From Octopus sinensis (Eukaryota), in contig NC_043002.1 of the NCBI RefSeq assembly GCF_006345805.1, forward strand, positions 89,404,001 through 89,468,000: DNA of 64,000 nt. Reading direction: 5' to 3'. The first letter of the stretch is position 1; the number at the start of each line of letters is the position of its first letter. Positions 1-13,769 of the stretch are shown here, piece by piece. The translations under genes and the position numbers were made by a program. Under the pieces are notes generated by a model. That model ran no database searches. It was not told where the DNA came from and was given only the letters and a program-made list of their open reading frames with translations.

Positions 1-135
1 TGCTGTCCCATAGGCCACTGAATCATTAAATACCTTAAATGCAACCTTTTTCTTCTTTCGTGTCTATAAGTGCCGGTAATCATGGACCTGTCACGTCGCA
101 CCCATGTTATTGCGACTATCTAACGGATGGTAAGA
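1..135 (+). promoter_or_regulatory. CpG-enriched segment ending in a strong 5' splice site (G|GTAAGA, 130-135); possible PGD promoter/first exon
   Basis: Non-repetitive sequence with several CpGs (cacgtcgc, tgcgac, acgg, tcgag) against a CpG-poor background, plus a consensus donor. The link to PGD is inference only. Confidence 0.35.
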
Positions 136-3100
136 CTATCGAGTATCTATCTTATTTATATTTCCCGGCTTCTCTCTCTGTTTCCCAGTTCAACTCGACT
201 ATAGAATTTGTAGGCATAGTACATATTATTTAGAGCGAAGTTAAGATGTTCATTCCTTTTACGAACGTTGTGAAAATCCTCAACCAAGAACCAGTTGACA
301 AACTGGTTCTTCTGGTTCTGTTTGATTACTACTTGCAAGGTATCTACAAATTAAGTGCATCGCAATCTTATTCAGAACATAGCAAACACTACATCCCAAA
401 GATTAGCCTTCAACCACCAATTCACTTCACCCTCTTACCCATACTCGTATTGTTTATTCACTCTGCTTTTCAACCACTTATGTATTACAATCGCCTCTGT
501 TCATCGAAGCAAGCTGGTATACCTACCAAAACACACTCGCCTCTCCTCCACTTATCTTTATAATCCTTGCTTCACTTTAACCACTTTTTCCCCCAATCCT
601 CTCAAAGTGTCACTCTTCCGGAATACTTTGTATATTAACCATCTTCCTTTCATTTCCTGTGGTCGCTGATGTTCTGTAACTCAAGATAAGCATTAACTAC
701 ATTTGTTTCACCAGTCTTTGGGGGTTTCTTTTACTTGTTTCAGTCATTTGACTGTGGACATGCTGGAGCACCGCCTTTAGTCGAGCAAATCGACCCCCCA
801 GGACGTATTCTTTGTAAGCCTAGTACTTATTCTATCGGTCACTTTTGCCGAACCGCGAAGTTACTGGGACATAAACACACCAGCATCGGTTGTCAAGCGA
901 TGTTGCGGAGACAAACATATACACGCACATACATATATATATATATACATATATACGACGGGGGTTCTTTCAGCTTCCGTCTACCAAATCTTAAGGCTTT
1001 ATCTGGCCTGAGGCTATAGTAGAAGACACTTGCCCAAGGTACCATACAGTGGGACTGAACCCGGAACCTTACGGTTAAACTGTGTGAATGAATGTGACCT
1101 GATGGATAGAATATTTGGATCACTATCATGAGGTTACGAGTTCAATTCCTGGACCAGGTGCCACATTGTACCCTTGAACAAACATTTCATTTCACATTGC
1201 TCTTGTAACCCTCTTTCCAGCTTTACATCATGGATGTTCCACTGAGGCAAAAGGCTGTCTATGTCTGTTTAATTACTAAAAAGCATGATACATGCTGTCA
1301 AGCCATACTCACTTGCAAGTGATGACTGGGTGTCCTAGGACAAAACCATTCAAATATACTTGGAAAATTACCCTAACATTAATCCCCACCAGAAAAGGAT
1401 GTTTGTCGATTATTTTTGATATCAACAAATTTTAAATTTTTGACAATGAAGTTTTACTGCAACCATGTCATTTTGGGTTCAGTCTCACTGTGTGGCACCT
1501 TGGATAAATGTCTTCTACAATAGCCCTGGACTAACTAGTACTTTGTGAGTGAATTTGGGAGATGGAAATTGTGTAGACGTCCGTCATATACTTATATATA
1601 TGTGTTTCTGTTGTCCTCTCACTGCTTGACAACTGATATTGGTTTATCTACACTCCTGCAACTTAGCAGTTTGGCCAAAAAAAAAAAAAAAAAAGACCAG
1701 GAGAATAAATATCAGACTTAAAGTTAGCACTGGGCTTAGCTTATTTGATCAACCCTACAAGGTGGTGTTTCAACTTGGCTACAGTACTGTGACTGAAAGG
1801 AGAAAAGGAGTATTGTCTTTAAAACCTGGTTTCACTGGATTTTAAATCTCATGATTGATTACTTTGTACTAAAAGTGCTGAGTATGTTGAGCTGATTAAA
1901 ATTTGCTGTGTGTGAATCTGCAGCAAGAAAAATAAATTAGCATATATATATATTTAGAATAATCCTTTACTTTTACAAATGTGTGTGTGGGTGGGAGTAT
2001 ATATATATATATATATATTATCAATTACATATACTTAACATATATGCTTTGTGTAATTACTGGTAGGCTGTGATTTGGTGTGGTAGAGAAAATTCTCTCA
2101 AAGTTCCAGGTGTTAAAAATTTATGGACTGGTGAGATAACCCACCTTCAATACCATCCAAGATTGATGGACATTGATGTATCACCATTTCTGTGGCTTAA
2201 ATATATATACAGATAGATAACTGTTTGTTTTTGTGTTCAGTTATAATAAAAACAATTTTACGTTAATCTGATGGGTTACTCTGTACTTTTGTAGAGTACA
2301 AATTTATTCTTATGCAAGAATGTTGAGTGACTTCGAGGTTTCTGCCAGCTAAGCCATTGTTGAACTGACAGTGGTAGCATAGCTGGGCAAAACTTTGAAG
2401 TCACTGTCAACATTCTTGTATAAGAATAGTGTATATATATATATATATATTATGAGGCTCAAAGGTATGTCATGTCTATGCCTTCTGCACACAATCTGTC
2501 CCTGACAAATCTTTCCTCCACAACTCATCTTCTTAATATCTACTCCTCTTTCTAATATCTTCTCTACCTCTGTTCACCACCCACTGCATTCCTCTCTATC
2601 TGCCACTCTCCTCAATTTACTTACCTACCCATTCACCCTGTCATGTATCTCCTCTCCAGCTAGACACCTGTTTCTGTCCCTCTATCATATTTTAATCCCT
2701 CCTCACTTGGCACAAAACCATCTCCCTCAATACTACTCTCTGCTCAATTGAGGGTCTTGTGAGTTACTTGATGACCTCATAGCACCAATGCTATATAAAA
2801 AGCACCTAGTACACTTTGTAAAGTGGTTGGTGGTAGGAAGGGCATCCAGCTGTAGAAATTATGGCAAAGACATTGGAACTTGGAGCACTCTTCTGGCTTT
2901 CCAACTTCTGTGGAACCTCCCAACCTATCCCGGTATGGAAAAATGATGTTAAATGGTGATGATGATAATGATGACACACACATACACATACTGATAAGCT
3001 TCAGCATTTTATAACCAATTAAAATCTTTAATCATATTCAGTTATGGTTTTTCACTTTTAGTTGAGTAAAACAGTCAAGTTTTCTGGTATGACAGATAAC

Positions 3101-5307
3101 ATTGTCAATTCATTTAAAGAAGATACTTGTTTGATATTTGTATCTTTACAATAACTAAATCATTCATGCTAAAGTAATCTGTATTTAGATTTTAGTGGAA
3201 GGTATTTAGGTACAGCACTTTGCATTGTTAGTTCAATTCTGTAAGGTCAACTTTACATTTCATCTTTCTAGAGTTTAAAAAAAATAAGCACCTGTCTAGT
3301 ACTGGGGTGGGTTATTCAGATTTGTTTGTTAGTTCATTTGTTTACACAATGTTTAAACCATTAATATATGCACACACTCATCATCATTTAATGTCCGCTT
3401 TCCATGCTAGCATGGGTTGGACGATTTTGACTGAGGGCTGGTGAACCAGATGGCTGCACCAGGCTTGATTTGGCAGAGTTTCTACAGCTGGGTGCTTTTT
3501 ATGTGCCACCAGCACAACCAGTTAGGCGGTACTGGCAACAACCTCGCTCGAATCCTTTTACACATGCCACCAGAACAGGTGCCAGTAAGGCGACATTGGT
3601 AACGATCATGCTCGAATGGTGCCCTTTTACGTGCCACTGGCACGGAAGCCAGTTGGCTGCTCTGGCAACGATCACACTCAGATTGTGCTCTTGGCACCCT
3701 ACTAGCACGGGCACAAGTGCCAGTAAGGCGACACTGATAACGATCACGCTCGAATAGTGCCCTTTGAGTTCCACTGGCACTGAAGCCAGTTAGGGTAACG
3801 ATAACATGTCACTAGAAATAGTAACTCTCCTTATCACATCATACTATCTTTAAAAGGGAATGTAATTCTAGATATTTAAAGATAAGATTATTATGATTGC
3901 AATACTTCTGATTATAGATCTGCTTCATCAGAGTCAGTGACTTTCTGATCACATCCAGAGCTGTGACCTCTTCATGCAGAGAAGTAGCAGCTCAACTTGG
4001 AGAGATACCCTGATCTCCAGTCTATGTACCCTGTTGAGCAACATTACTCCAGAGATACTTTTCAGCTGCTTGTATTTGCAATAGTACCCTTTTGGTCATT
4101 ACCCAGCATTCATGACCGCAGGTGTGAATTACCACAAAATCTAAATTGAAGATAGCATTTTAAACTTTTCTACTAACCTCTCCTTTTCTGAGTGTTGAAT
4201 CTGGTCAATAGATAAAATATTCCTGTAGGGTGGTCAACTACTGGAAATATTAAAATGTTGGAGGAGATGCCTTGTAGTATTTGTTCTAGTTTTTCATGTT
4301 CTGAGTTCACATACAACCTTCTTGGGTGGTAGACTTAACCCATTAACATGTAAACTGGCCATATCCAACCCAAATACTCATTTTCTACTAGCCGTCTCTG
4401 ACCACTCACCTTACTATTTCATTTTAAAGATAAACAATTACATCATCAAAATCTTGAAGCTGTGAGATAATGCATGATTAATTCAAACCAATATGAGTAA
4501 TTAAGCATTGCATTTGTCAGAGTAATCTGAATGCTAAAGAGTTAATCTGTTGCCTGGCTTTAACTCTTCACTACCTGGTCTTTAGTGTAGTCCACTCCAT
4601 TGCAAACATTAGGACCAGGTCTTCAGTGTGAAGATGTCTTCTTTGCACCAGTTGTGAATGTCTTGTAAAGAGTCATGGACTCTGCCTTTCCAACTAAAAA
4701 AGAAAAAAATCTTTTAGATGCATTATCTGAGGGCATGTAAAGAAAAAGATTTTGAAGATCTGGATGGGAGTAGCAGTTTAATGGTTTCTATTATCTTACC
4801 ATGGGATAATTGTAAGTCAGTAAATCAAGTTCAGTGAAACAGTAATCCATTATATAGAACCCAATATTATCTGCTGTAAATTATACCTGCATGGGTTTAC
4901 AGCTAAGAAGCTTGAGCTATTCAAAATAAATGTTTATCAGAGTTGACCAGCTACAACTCCAAACATTTCTATAGATACAAACAATGGCATTAAAGTAGTT
5001 TTGATAAGCTTGATAGATAAATATACATAAGGGAGTGGCTTCTAGCTTTGTTACTTTTAGGCACGCCATTTGTAAACAACACTACATATTGTTAATGGAG
5101 TTTATAAAACAAAAGAGAGAGAGAGAGATTATGGTACTTGTTTAATCTTGTCTCTGATCAAAGCTTTTGTAGTTATGACCATCCCATCTTCCAGAGTCAC
5201 ATTATCCAGTGTATTCTTTTAAGTATGATTTTAGGGAGATTTCTCTGCTATTTCTAGCAGGTCCAGTAACTGCATACAGGCCGCATTGTTTGCTTGCATT
5301 AATTCTA

Positions 5308-6545
5308 TCAGGCTGAGTAAAAAGTAAGCAGTGTTTTGAACTATGAAGAATTTGTACGGGATTTTTGCTGTTTTGATTTTTTTTGCAATTGTCTGATAAT
5401 ACAAACATTGACTTGCCCAAATTAAAATTGATATTTTTTTCACCGTTTTACAATAATTTGAAATGGAGCTGTCAAAGTGCAATATTTGAGCAATTTTGCT
5501 ATTCAACTTACAAGGATGTAAAGCAGCTGAAACTGCTCGCGATATCAACGAAATGTTTCATGAAGAAATGACCAGTGAGTGGTCAGCTTGAAAATGGTTT
5601 AAAAGATTTTGCAGTGGAGATCTGAGCCTTGAAAACTGAGCATAATGGCTGTCCAGCTGTCATTGATGATGGTCAATTAAAGACTGTCATTGAGAAAGAT
5701 CCATGTAAAACCAATCGAGAACTTGCAAAAGAACTTCAAGTTAGCTAGAAAACTGCCTGCAACCATTTGCATGTGATTGGAAAATCAAAAAAGCTCAACA
5801 AATGGGTACCACATGATTTGAATGAAAATCAGAAAATGTGCAGGTATGAAATTTGCTTGTCACTTGTCTGTAACCAGACCAATCCATTTCTTGACCATAT
5901 TGTAACTTGTGATGAAAAGCGGATTCTGTACAATAAAAAAAAAAAAGTTCTTTGCAGTGGTTGGACCAGAATGAAGAACCGAAAACCTTCCCTAAACCCA
6001 AGCTCTTCAAAAAGAAGGTCATGGTGACTGTTTGGTGGTGTACTGCTGGACTCATCCACTATAACTTCTTAAAACCCAGAAAAACCATTACTGCAGAAAC
6101 CTATTGCCATGGAATTGCCAAAATGAACACAAAACTGCTGCTCCGTCTCAGACTGGTCAACAGAAGAGGCCAATCATTCTTCATGACAATGTTCAATGAC
6201 ACGTTTCACTAATGACGTTCCAGATGTTGAGGGAACTTGGCTACAAAGTTCTTTTCCACCCAGCTTATTCTCCAGACCTTTCCCCTATCTACTACCACTT
6301 TTTCAAGCACTTTGATGGTTTCCTGTGAGAGAAGTTCAAAAATCAAACTGATGCTGAAAGTGCGTTCAAAGAGTTCATCAGCTCCAGAACTCTAGTAGAT
6401 TTTTATGGTACCAGAATAAACAAACTTGGCAAAAATGTGTTGATTGTAATTATACTGACTTTGCTGAATAAAATTTCCACATTGTTGAAATATATTGTGA
6501 CAAATTTCATGTTTCAAAATGTTGCTTACTTTTTACTCAGCCTGA
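5308..6545 (+). mobile_element. Full-length degenerate mariner transposon (1238 bp)
   Basis: 23-bp perfect TIR TCAGGCTGAGTAAAAAGTAAGCA at both ends, flanked by TA. Broken transposase from ATG 5463 with WVPHDL, IVTCDEK, KKVMVTVWW, HDN and YSPDLSP motifs; stops and frameshifts. Confidence 0.93.
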
Positions 6546-6559
6546 TAGTTTTAAAGTGT

Positions 6560-6856
6560 TATATATATATATTTATATATGATGAACAAATGAACAGAAG
6601 TAGGTAGCACTCAACATATAGTTGAAGATGTATTTAATGAGTAAATGATGTAAGGTTAGTCAATCTTGTCAGAAAAATATCTTTTTACAACCTACGAAGC
6701 TGCTTGTGTTTTATTTATATATATATCTACGTATGCATTGAGCGAGAGACCCCCTTTGGTCATAAATGACCATGAGACTGCACCTAGAAAGTTCCTCAGT
6801 CTGGGAACTGAACTCACAACTGTAAGCCCAATGCTGTAACCAGTGAGCCATACACC

Positions 6857-6902
<46 letters not shown>

Positions 6903-7432
6903 ATATATAATATATATATATAAGGTGTATGGCTCACTGGTTACAGCATTGGGCTTACAGTTGTGAGTTCAGTTCCCAGACTGAGCTGCATGCTGTGTTC
7001 TTAAGCAAAACTCTTTATTTCATGTTGCTTCATTTCACTCAGCTGTAGAAATGAGTTGTGACATCACTGGTGCCAAGCTGTATTGGCGTTTGTCTATCCC
7101 TTGGGCAACATCAATAGTGTGGAGTGGGGAGACTGGTATGCATGGGCAATTGGCAGACTTCCACAAACAACCTTGCCCAGGCTTGTGTCTCAGAGAGGAA
7201 CTTTCTAGGTGCAGTCTCATGGTCATTTATGACCAAAGGGGGTCTCTCGCTCAATGCATATGTAGATATATATATAAATAAAACACAAGCAGCTTCGTAG
7301 GTTGTAAAAAGATATTTTTCTGACAAGATTGACTAACCTTACATCATTTACTCATTAAATACATCTTCAACTATATGTTGAGTGCTACCTACTTCTGTTC
7401 ATTTGTTCATCATATATAAATATATATATATA
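6560..7432. repeat. Fold-back inverted duplication centred on (TA)n
   Basis: 6560-6858 is the reverse complement of 6922-6985 joined to 7195-7432. Confidence 0.93.
6922..7250 (+). mobile_element. tRNA-headed SINE (tail fragment also at ~52280-52335)
   Basis: TGGCTCACTGG / GAGTTCAGTTCC boxes; tail GACCAAAGGGGGTCTC. Confidence 0.6.
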
Positions 7433-8554
7433 TATCATATGTGCTGTACTATTTGCGTGACAAGTTTTTACAGCTGGATGTTCTTCCTGCCACCAACCCC
7501 CACCTGTTTCTTTTGTGTGACATTTAAAAAGTAAATTTAATTTAAAGGGAAAAGCTGTCATTATGTTAACTAGACGGTTTATATTTACAGCTAGAGCATA
7601 TTATATTTCAGTGACATATATTCCAAGTTTGCTCTGCATACCCTTCGAAAATGGGAAACTCATTATAAATATTAATCTTTACTCATTTATTCAATCACAA
7701 ATCTTAATGGAAAACTTTTGTTATACCCCTTAAAATTTGGTGGCATTGGGTGTGGCTACAACCACCATTTGACACTGCTATAGTTGATCATTATTATATA
7801 TATCTAATATTTTTATGTTGGAGTAAGGTCAATGAGGCTCATCCTCCAGTACCAGCCATTTTCTCATCCATTAACTACATCAGTTAGATCAGTACTCAAC
7901 CCATTCATGTTTCTTTCATCAACATCTCTAGTCTACTCATGAATCACCTAATTCTACCATATTCACGTCACCAGTTCTCAGTTGGCCACAATTATTTATT
8001 ACTTCATAAGTTTCTCTTCAATAACACTGGATTGCTTACAATTTACCTTATATTTGTTAAAACCTTATCCACCAGGTTTACGATTTAATTTATTCGTAGA
8101 GCCTTCATTTTTGACATCAAGACAAAATCAAACTGGTTAAATCACACCCATTTCTCTTTGGAGCATGTGTTTTAAAGCTGTCTGCTACTTAAAATCAACT
8201 GTAGGATTGGTAGCTATTTCTAAATAGAGAGTAAATTAATGCAAACAGACTACATTCCATGTCTTTCATGCTATCTGTGACCTGTCTTAATACAAGGCAT
8301 TTATGCAGTCACAGCAATCCTTATTTGTTCCTTAAAATAATCATTATCCAAATGTTAAACACGCACACACTCACACACAAAATGTACCTAACATGAAGAG
8401 ATTGATTGTATAGGGACAAAAATTCTTAACAATATTTTTAATCCTTCCAGTTTATTTTAGTAAAAACGTCATTTCTAATTTGAATGAAGCCTATACCAAA
8501 GTTTACAGTTCTTGCTTCTTTATGATTCATTTTATTATATACAAACAATGCTAC

Positions 8555-9187
8555 ATGGTCAGTGACTACTGAGGACATGCGAAGGCTTGAAAGAAATGAA
8601 GCTTGTATGCACCACTAGATGGGTAATATCCAGTGTGCATATACAACAGAGTGTAAGTGATTTGAGAGAAAAACTGGGTATGTGAGGCATTAGATATAGT
8701 GTACAAAAGAGAAGACTGTACTGTTACAGTAACATGATGCATATAAATGAAGTTAGATGCATCAAGAAGTGGCGATTTCTAATAGTGGAAGGGGTAGACC
8801 CAGGAAGACAAGAGATGAAGTAGTGAGAAAGGATCTTAAAACATTGGGCCTCACAGAGCAGATGACAAGGGACTGTGACTTCTGGCAGTTTGCTGTGCTT
8901 AAGACACATCAAGCCAAGTAAAATTTTGATTGTCTTTGAGCAATCCTAATCTTGTGAGCTTGGTGTTGGTGCCACATAAAAAGCACCTGTGCTGGTGCCA
9001 TGTAAAAGTGCCTATGTTGTACGAAAGCACCCAGTACACTCTGTAAAGGGGTTGGCATTAGGAAGGGTATCCAGCTATAGAAACCATGCTGAAATACATA
9101 GAGCCCAGGTAGCTCTTCAACTGGCCAACTCCTGTCAAACCATCCAACCCATGCCAGCATGGAAAACAGACATTGAATGATGATGAT
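8555..9187 (+). mobile_element. 5'-truncated RTE-type LINE 3' end
   Basis: Relic WSVTTEDMRRLERNEA...GRPRKT..EVVRKDLKTLGL followed by the 3' UTR shared with the abundant (GAT)n-tailed repeats. Confidence 0.8.
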
Positions 9188-9764
9188 ATATAATTTTTGT
9201 CTTAGGTGGAAGAGAAAGGTTTAGTTTGTTGTTTCAGTAATTTGTGTGTTTGCATGTGTAAAGTTGAAAAAGAATGATGATTCATATTATTTATATAAGA
9301 GTGCATGTGTGGTTAGAAGTACCAGCAAGTAATACATTCATAAACAGAAAGGAAAATGTTCTGGGACTTCTGATATAATAACATTTTATCGGTTGTCAAG
9401 GTGTTTGAATAGTTTTGACAGCTTACTTTTGAGGTGGGAAAGTTATACTATATAACCAACAAGTTTTGTTATGATGGAAGAATTAGAAAACTAATTAAAA
9501 ATTGATAGAGAGATGTGTTGAATTAAGTTAAATATTAGACTAGTTCAATTGCTGAAGTGTTTAAGTTGGAAATAAAATGCACATTTGTGAATTCAAGTTG
9601 TCAGATATTTATTATCAACATATATTGTTTTTTTTTTTGTTTTTTTTTTAATCAGCTGGTAACTTTAACAAACTTCAGGCATCCTAGCACCCATGTTTAT
9701 CCCTGTTTTAGAATTAGTACACTGTGTCTTTGCATGTTGTGTGTCTAAAATTAATCACCATCAT

Positions 9765-10255
9765 TGTTCAACCATGGTCAAGACAATGGAATTTACTATG
9801 CTACGCCAGACTTCACAGTCCATCATAGCATTACAGAGGTCCTGTTGCTGGATGCCTGTATCCCTGGAGATTACATCAGGGTAGGAGAGTGTGCGCCCTC
9901 TGGTATCGCGAGTAGATGGCTTCCAGAGGAGAAGAGTATAAATTGCCTCGTTTTCAGCTCTACAACAATGTCCAGCAAACTGGACTCTCCTACCTTTTAC
10001 AAGAGATGATACTGGTAGTAGTTTCCCATATATTTGTACTTTGGTTGGATGATACTTCTACGAGAGATTTTGAGCTCTCATAAGGAGGCGAGTGTAAGTT
10101 CCATCCAACCGCCTCTCAAGCTTCTTTGATAACGTCCAGGTTTCTGAGCCATATAGTAGAATTGGTTCGACTGTGGCTTTGAAGATTTCAAGTTTGAAAT
10201 CTCTACTTAGATTGGCAACAGGAAGGGCATCTAGCTTTAAAAATGCCCGAGATAA
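9765..10255 (-). mobile_element. RTE-like LINE relic (different family)
   Basis: LSRDFKLEIFKATVEPILLYGSETWTLSKKLERRLDGTYTRLLMRAQNLS, continuing with frameshifts to a GAT-type tail. Confidence 0.82.
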
Positions 10256-10765
10256 ACTCTGTAATGTATGAAAAAAGAAACAAAAAGAAGACGTAAAATG
10301 CTGAAGAATAAACTTATTCATATAATCTGAAAATGTCATCATATTAATGAAAGAAGCAAATGAAAACAATTCTTTAATAATCACATGATTTATTATATTC
10401 AGAAGTATTTTTTGTAAAAAAAACAAAAGAAACAAAGAAAATAAAGAATTTCTAATTATTATTATTGGAACAATTAATTTGTCTGATTGTTCCTTGAGAA
10501 GTGGTAGTGGAAGCCATTTCACTGCACAAACTGAAACAGCCAGGGCTATCTAGCAGAGGATGAACCCTATAAGCATATGAGGCAGACTAAAAATATAAAT
10601 GTTTATTATTAAATATAAAAAATTTGATTACCGATTCATTGCAGAAATGCGAATTTCATATATGGAATTCAGTCAATGGTTACTATTTTCATGTTGACAG
10701 GCACAGTTTTTAACTAAAAAAACTCAATGTTTATATTAAATACACTTGCTGTGAGTTCAGCTCTG

Positions 10766-11175
10766 GGATCTTTTCGGTTTGAACGGCAGTTTTTAACATA
10801 ATTTCTAGGTAACTAAAAAATTGTGAACTTTGTATACTGGTAGAATGTATTTATAAAACATCTTTTTCTCTTGTTTTTATTGAGAAAATTCTATAGTTTG
10901 TGAGATATTTGTTTTTTTTTTCTTCAATTTCTGCAATTTCAACCAATCACTGATGTCTGTTGAGGTAAAAAACATTCTGTGCCGTATGAATATGTCCCTC
11001 GTTTAAGAAACAGATTGGGTTTATTTACATTTGTGAAGAAAAAAAGATATGCTTCCCCCCACTCCTAACCCTAAAACAGATTGAAATGCAATAGATCGAT
11101 ACTAGGGTTATAATTATGGGTGACAATTTCATATGACACCGCTAGAAAAAACTGCCATTCAAACCAAAGGGATCC
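10766..11175. mobile_element. MITE with GGATC...GATCC termini and 8-bp TSD (Merlin-like), copy 1
   Basis: ~30-bp TIRs; TSD CAGCTCTG at 10758-10765 and 11176-11183. Confidence 0.85.
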
Positions 11176-11684
11176 CAGCTCTGTAATGCATCAAATAAAG
11201 GTATAATTCATTCTGCCTCTTCACCAGTGTTACAGTGCATCAGTGTGCTATCCTCTTATGATTGAGATACATTTTTGTTTCATGTGACTATATAAAATTG
11301 TAATAATGAAAGTGTGTGTATGTATTTTGTATATGTAAGGTGGTGAGCTGACAGAATCGTTAGCACTGCAAACAATGTCTATGTTCTGTCAAAATTCTGC
11401 TGAGGTCAACTTTGCCTTTCATCTTTTCAGAGTTGATAAAATAAATACCAGCCTTGTACTGGGATTGATATATTTGATTAGACCTCTTGTCCAAAATTTC
11501 AAACCTTATGCCTATAGCAGAAAAGTAGAAAGGGATTGTGTAACTGTATACAAAATATGTGTTTGTATCTCTCACATAATTTTTTTTTTATTTAGGGAGA
11601 GTTTACGAAAAAAACAAAAGACGAAGACAGGTGGTGTACAAAACAAATAGGTGTATTAGTATAATGCTCAGGAATAGAATAAGT

Positions 11685-11720
11685 CTTTTACGTTTCGAGC
11701 CTACGCTCTTCTACAGAAAG
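11685..11720 (-). ncRNA. Hammerhead-like fold with CUGUAGA core in a pLTR-like repeat (~11600-11770)
   Basis: CUUU-CUGUAGA-A-GAGC(GUAG)GCUC-GAAACGU-A-AAAG. Confidence 0.6.
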
Positions 11721-13494
11721 GGACACAGAAAAAATGTGTGTAGTGGCTAACGATCTATCATGGCGACTTATTTTATTTATGTTTATTTACATGCATACCT
11801 TGGTATAACTCAACATCTATTTGTTCCTATATATATACAAGTCAATTAAATTCTGGCATTGTGAGGTTTTTACAGTTATTTTTGTTGTTTGTTTATATTT
11901 GAAATTTATAAATAGTTTGAAAGTTCTAATATATACAAAGATAAACAAATTGTGAAAATCCAGCAATGCTGGAATTTAATTGACTTGTATTTTCTGTACA
12001 TAATTTTGTGCATTTATGACTGAAGTATGAGCAGCATTGCATCTGTGTGTGTAATTATAATAAAGTTGCTTATTAATTAGTTTGGAGCAGGTAACTTTTA
12101 TTGAAAGAAAGGAATTATTTACAGTCTACCCTGTGTAGAAAATTCTTATAAATTCCAAATTTGATTATTTTTTATATCAAAATGAGGTTTTTAGGGATAC
12201 AGTAGAAGACACTTTCCCAAGGTACCACTTAGCGGGACCGAACCTGGAACCATGTGATTGGGGAGCAATCTTACCACACAGCCACGCCTGAACCCATAGA
12301 ATATTCCATGAGAAATCTCTGCAAATGCACAAGAAAAAAAGATACAAAAATAAGGACAATAGTTCTAATTGTCATGAAAGAAGAAAAATACCTATCAAGA
12401 ATAGTATCTTCAACTTGTTTCAGTCACTTGACTGTTGCCATGCTGGGGCACCATCTAGAAGGGTTCTGTCAAACAAATCAATCCCAGGACTTTTTTTTTA
12501 AAGCTTAGTATTTATTCTGTCGTTCTTTTTTGCTGAACTACTAAATTACAAAGATGTAAACACACCAACACCAGTTGTCATTTTGTGGTGGGGGATAAAC
12601 ACACACACATATAAATATGTATACATGACAGGCATCTTTCAGTTTCTATCTACCAAATACACTCACAAGGCTTTTAGTTGTCCCGAGGCTATAGAAGACA
12701 CTTGCCCAAGGTGTTGTGGAGTGGGACTTAACCCAGAACCATGTGGTTGGGAAGCAAGCTTCATACCATGCAGCCACTCCTGTGCCTATGCTATATAATC
12801 TGCAAATACCATGAGATTTAAAATCTCTAGTTATTTCCTAAATAAAATGTTTATAGAGGTGTATATTATTTTATCTAAAAAAACAAAGACCTTCCCAACT
12901 ATCCAACTAGTTATAATTAATGTCCTTAATCCTGTTCATAAGTTTCTTTCAACAGGGAAACAGGGGTACAATTACCACTTTTCTATAATAAAGTACTTTC
13001 ACAGCATACAGGATTTTCCTGGTTTGAGGTGTAAACATCAAACAGGACATAAGATAAAAAGGTCAATCCTGTTTCCTGCGATGAGAGACACTTAAAAAAG
13101 AAACATCTATTAGTAAAAAAAAAATGTGTTGTTTAAAAAGTCAGCAAAATCAGATAGAAAGCAAATGTTGATATGAAAATAAGTTGATGCTCCATGCAAG
13201 GCGAGGCATGAATAGTTTAGCTAGAAGATATTTATAACAGAAGACCTTAACATTGCAAGGTGTGTAAAATTTTCACAAAAAAAAAAAAAAAATTTACAAC
13301 TTCATGTATGTAATCTACATTTGTGTGTGTATGTATGCACATACATACATATACACACACACACACCAGTTTGCTGACAGGTTTTCAAAATAGGTCATTC
13401 AACGGTTAATATATAAATGGATTAATAATTCTCATGAAATAAGAATTTAGAGATATATTCAGTTGGATAATTCTAAATATATTACTGTAACCAT

Positions 13495-13500
13495 ATATAC

Positions 13501-13568
<68 letters not shown>

Positions 13569-13583
13569 GCATACATGTATATA

Positions 13584-13626
<43 letters not shown>

Positions 13627-13647
13627 GCATACATGTATATATGTGTA

Positions 13648-13692
<45 letters not shown>

Positions 13693-13740
13693 TTGGAAAT
13701 GGATGTGTGGTGTTTAATTAAATAATATATATATATATGT
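13495..13740. repeat. Compound (GT)n(AT)n(AC)n microsatellite; similar at 14407-14562, 38841-38888, 46470-46532, 53470-53795
   Basis: Direct reading of dinucleotide runs. Confidence 0.95.
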
Positions 13741-13769
13741 ATCTGTCTGTCTATCTACTTTGAAATGAG

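Noticed and set aside
104-129. Selenocysteine or readthrough at a TG|A codon joining ATG 104 to PGD exon 2
   Set aside because: No SECIS-like element recognised in the short 3' UTR, and the position is outside the conserved domain; an unlocated exon is simpler
39-669. Overlapping short ORFs at the window start
   Set aside because: No homology or motif recognised; composition is consistent with non-coding sequence
7815-7822. ATGTTGGA|GTAAGG as an 8-bp first coding exon in the correct phase
   Set aside because: No promoter-like context; such a short match is expected by chance in 22 kb
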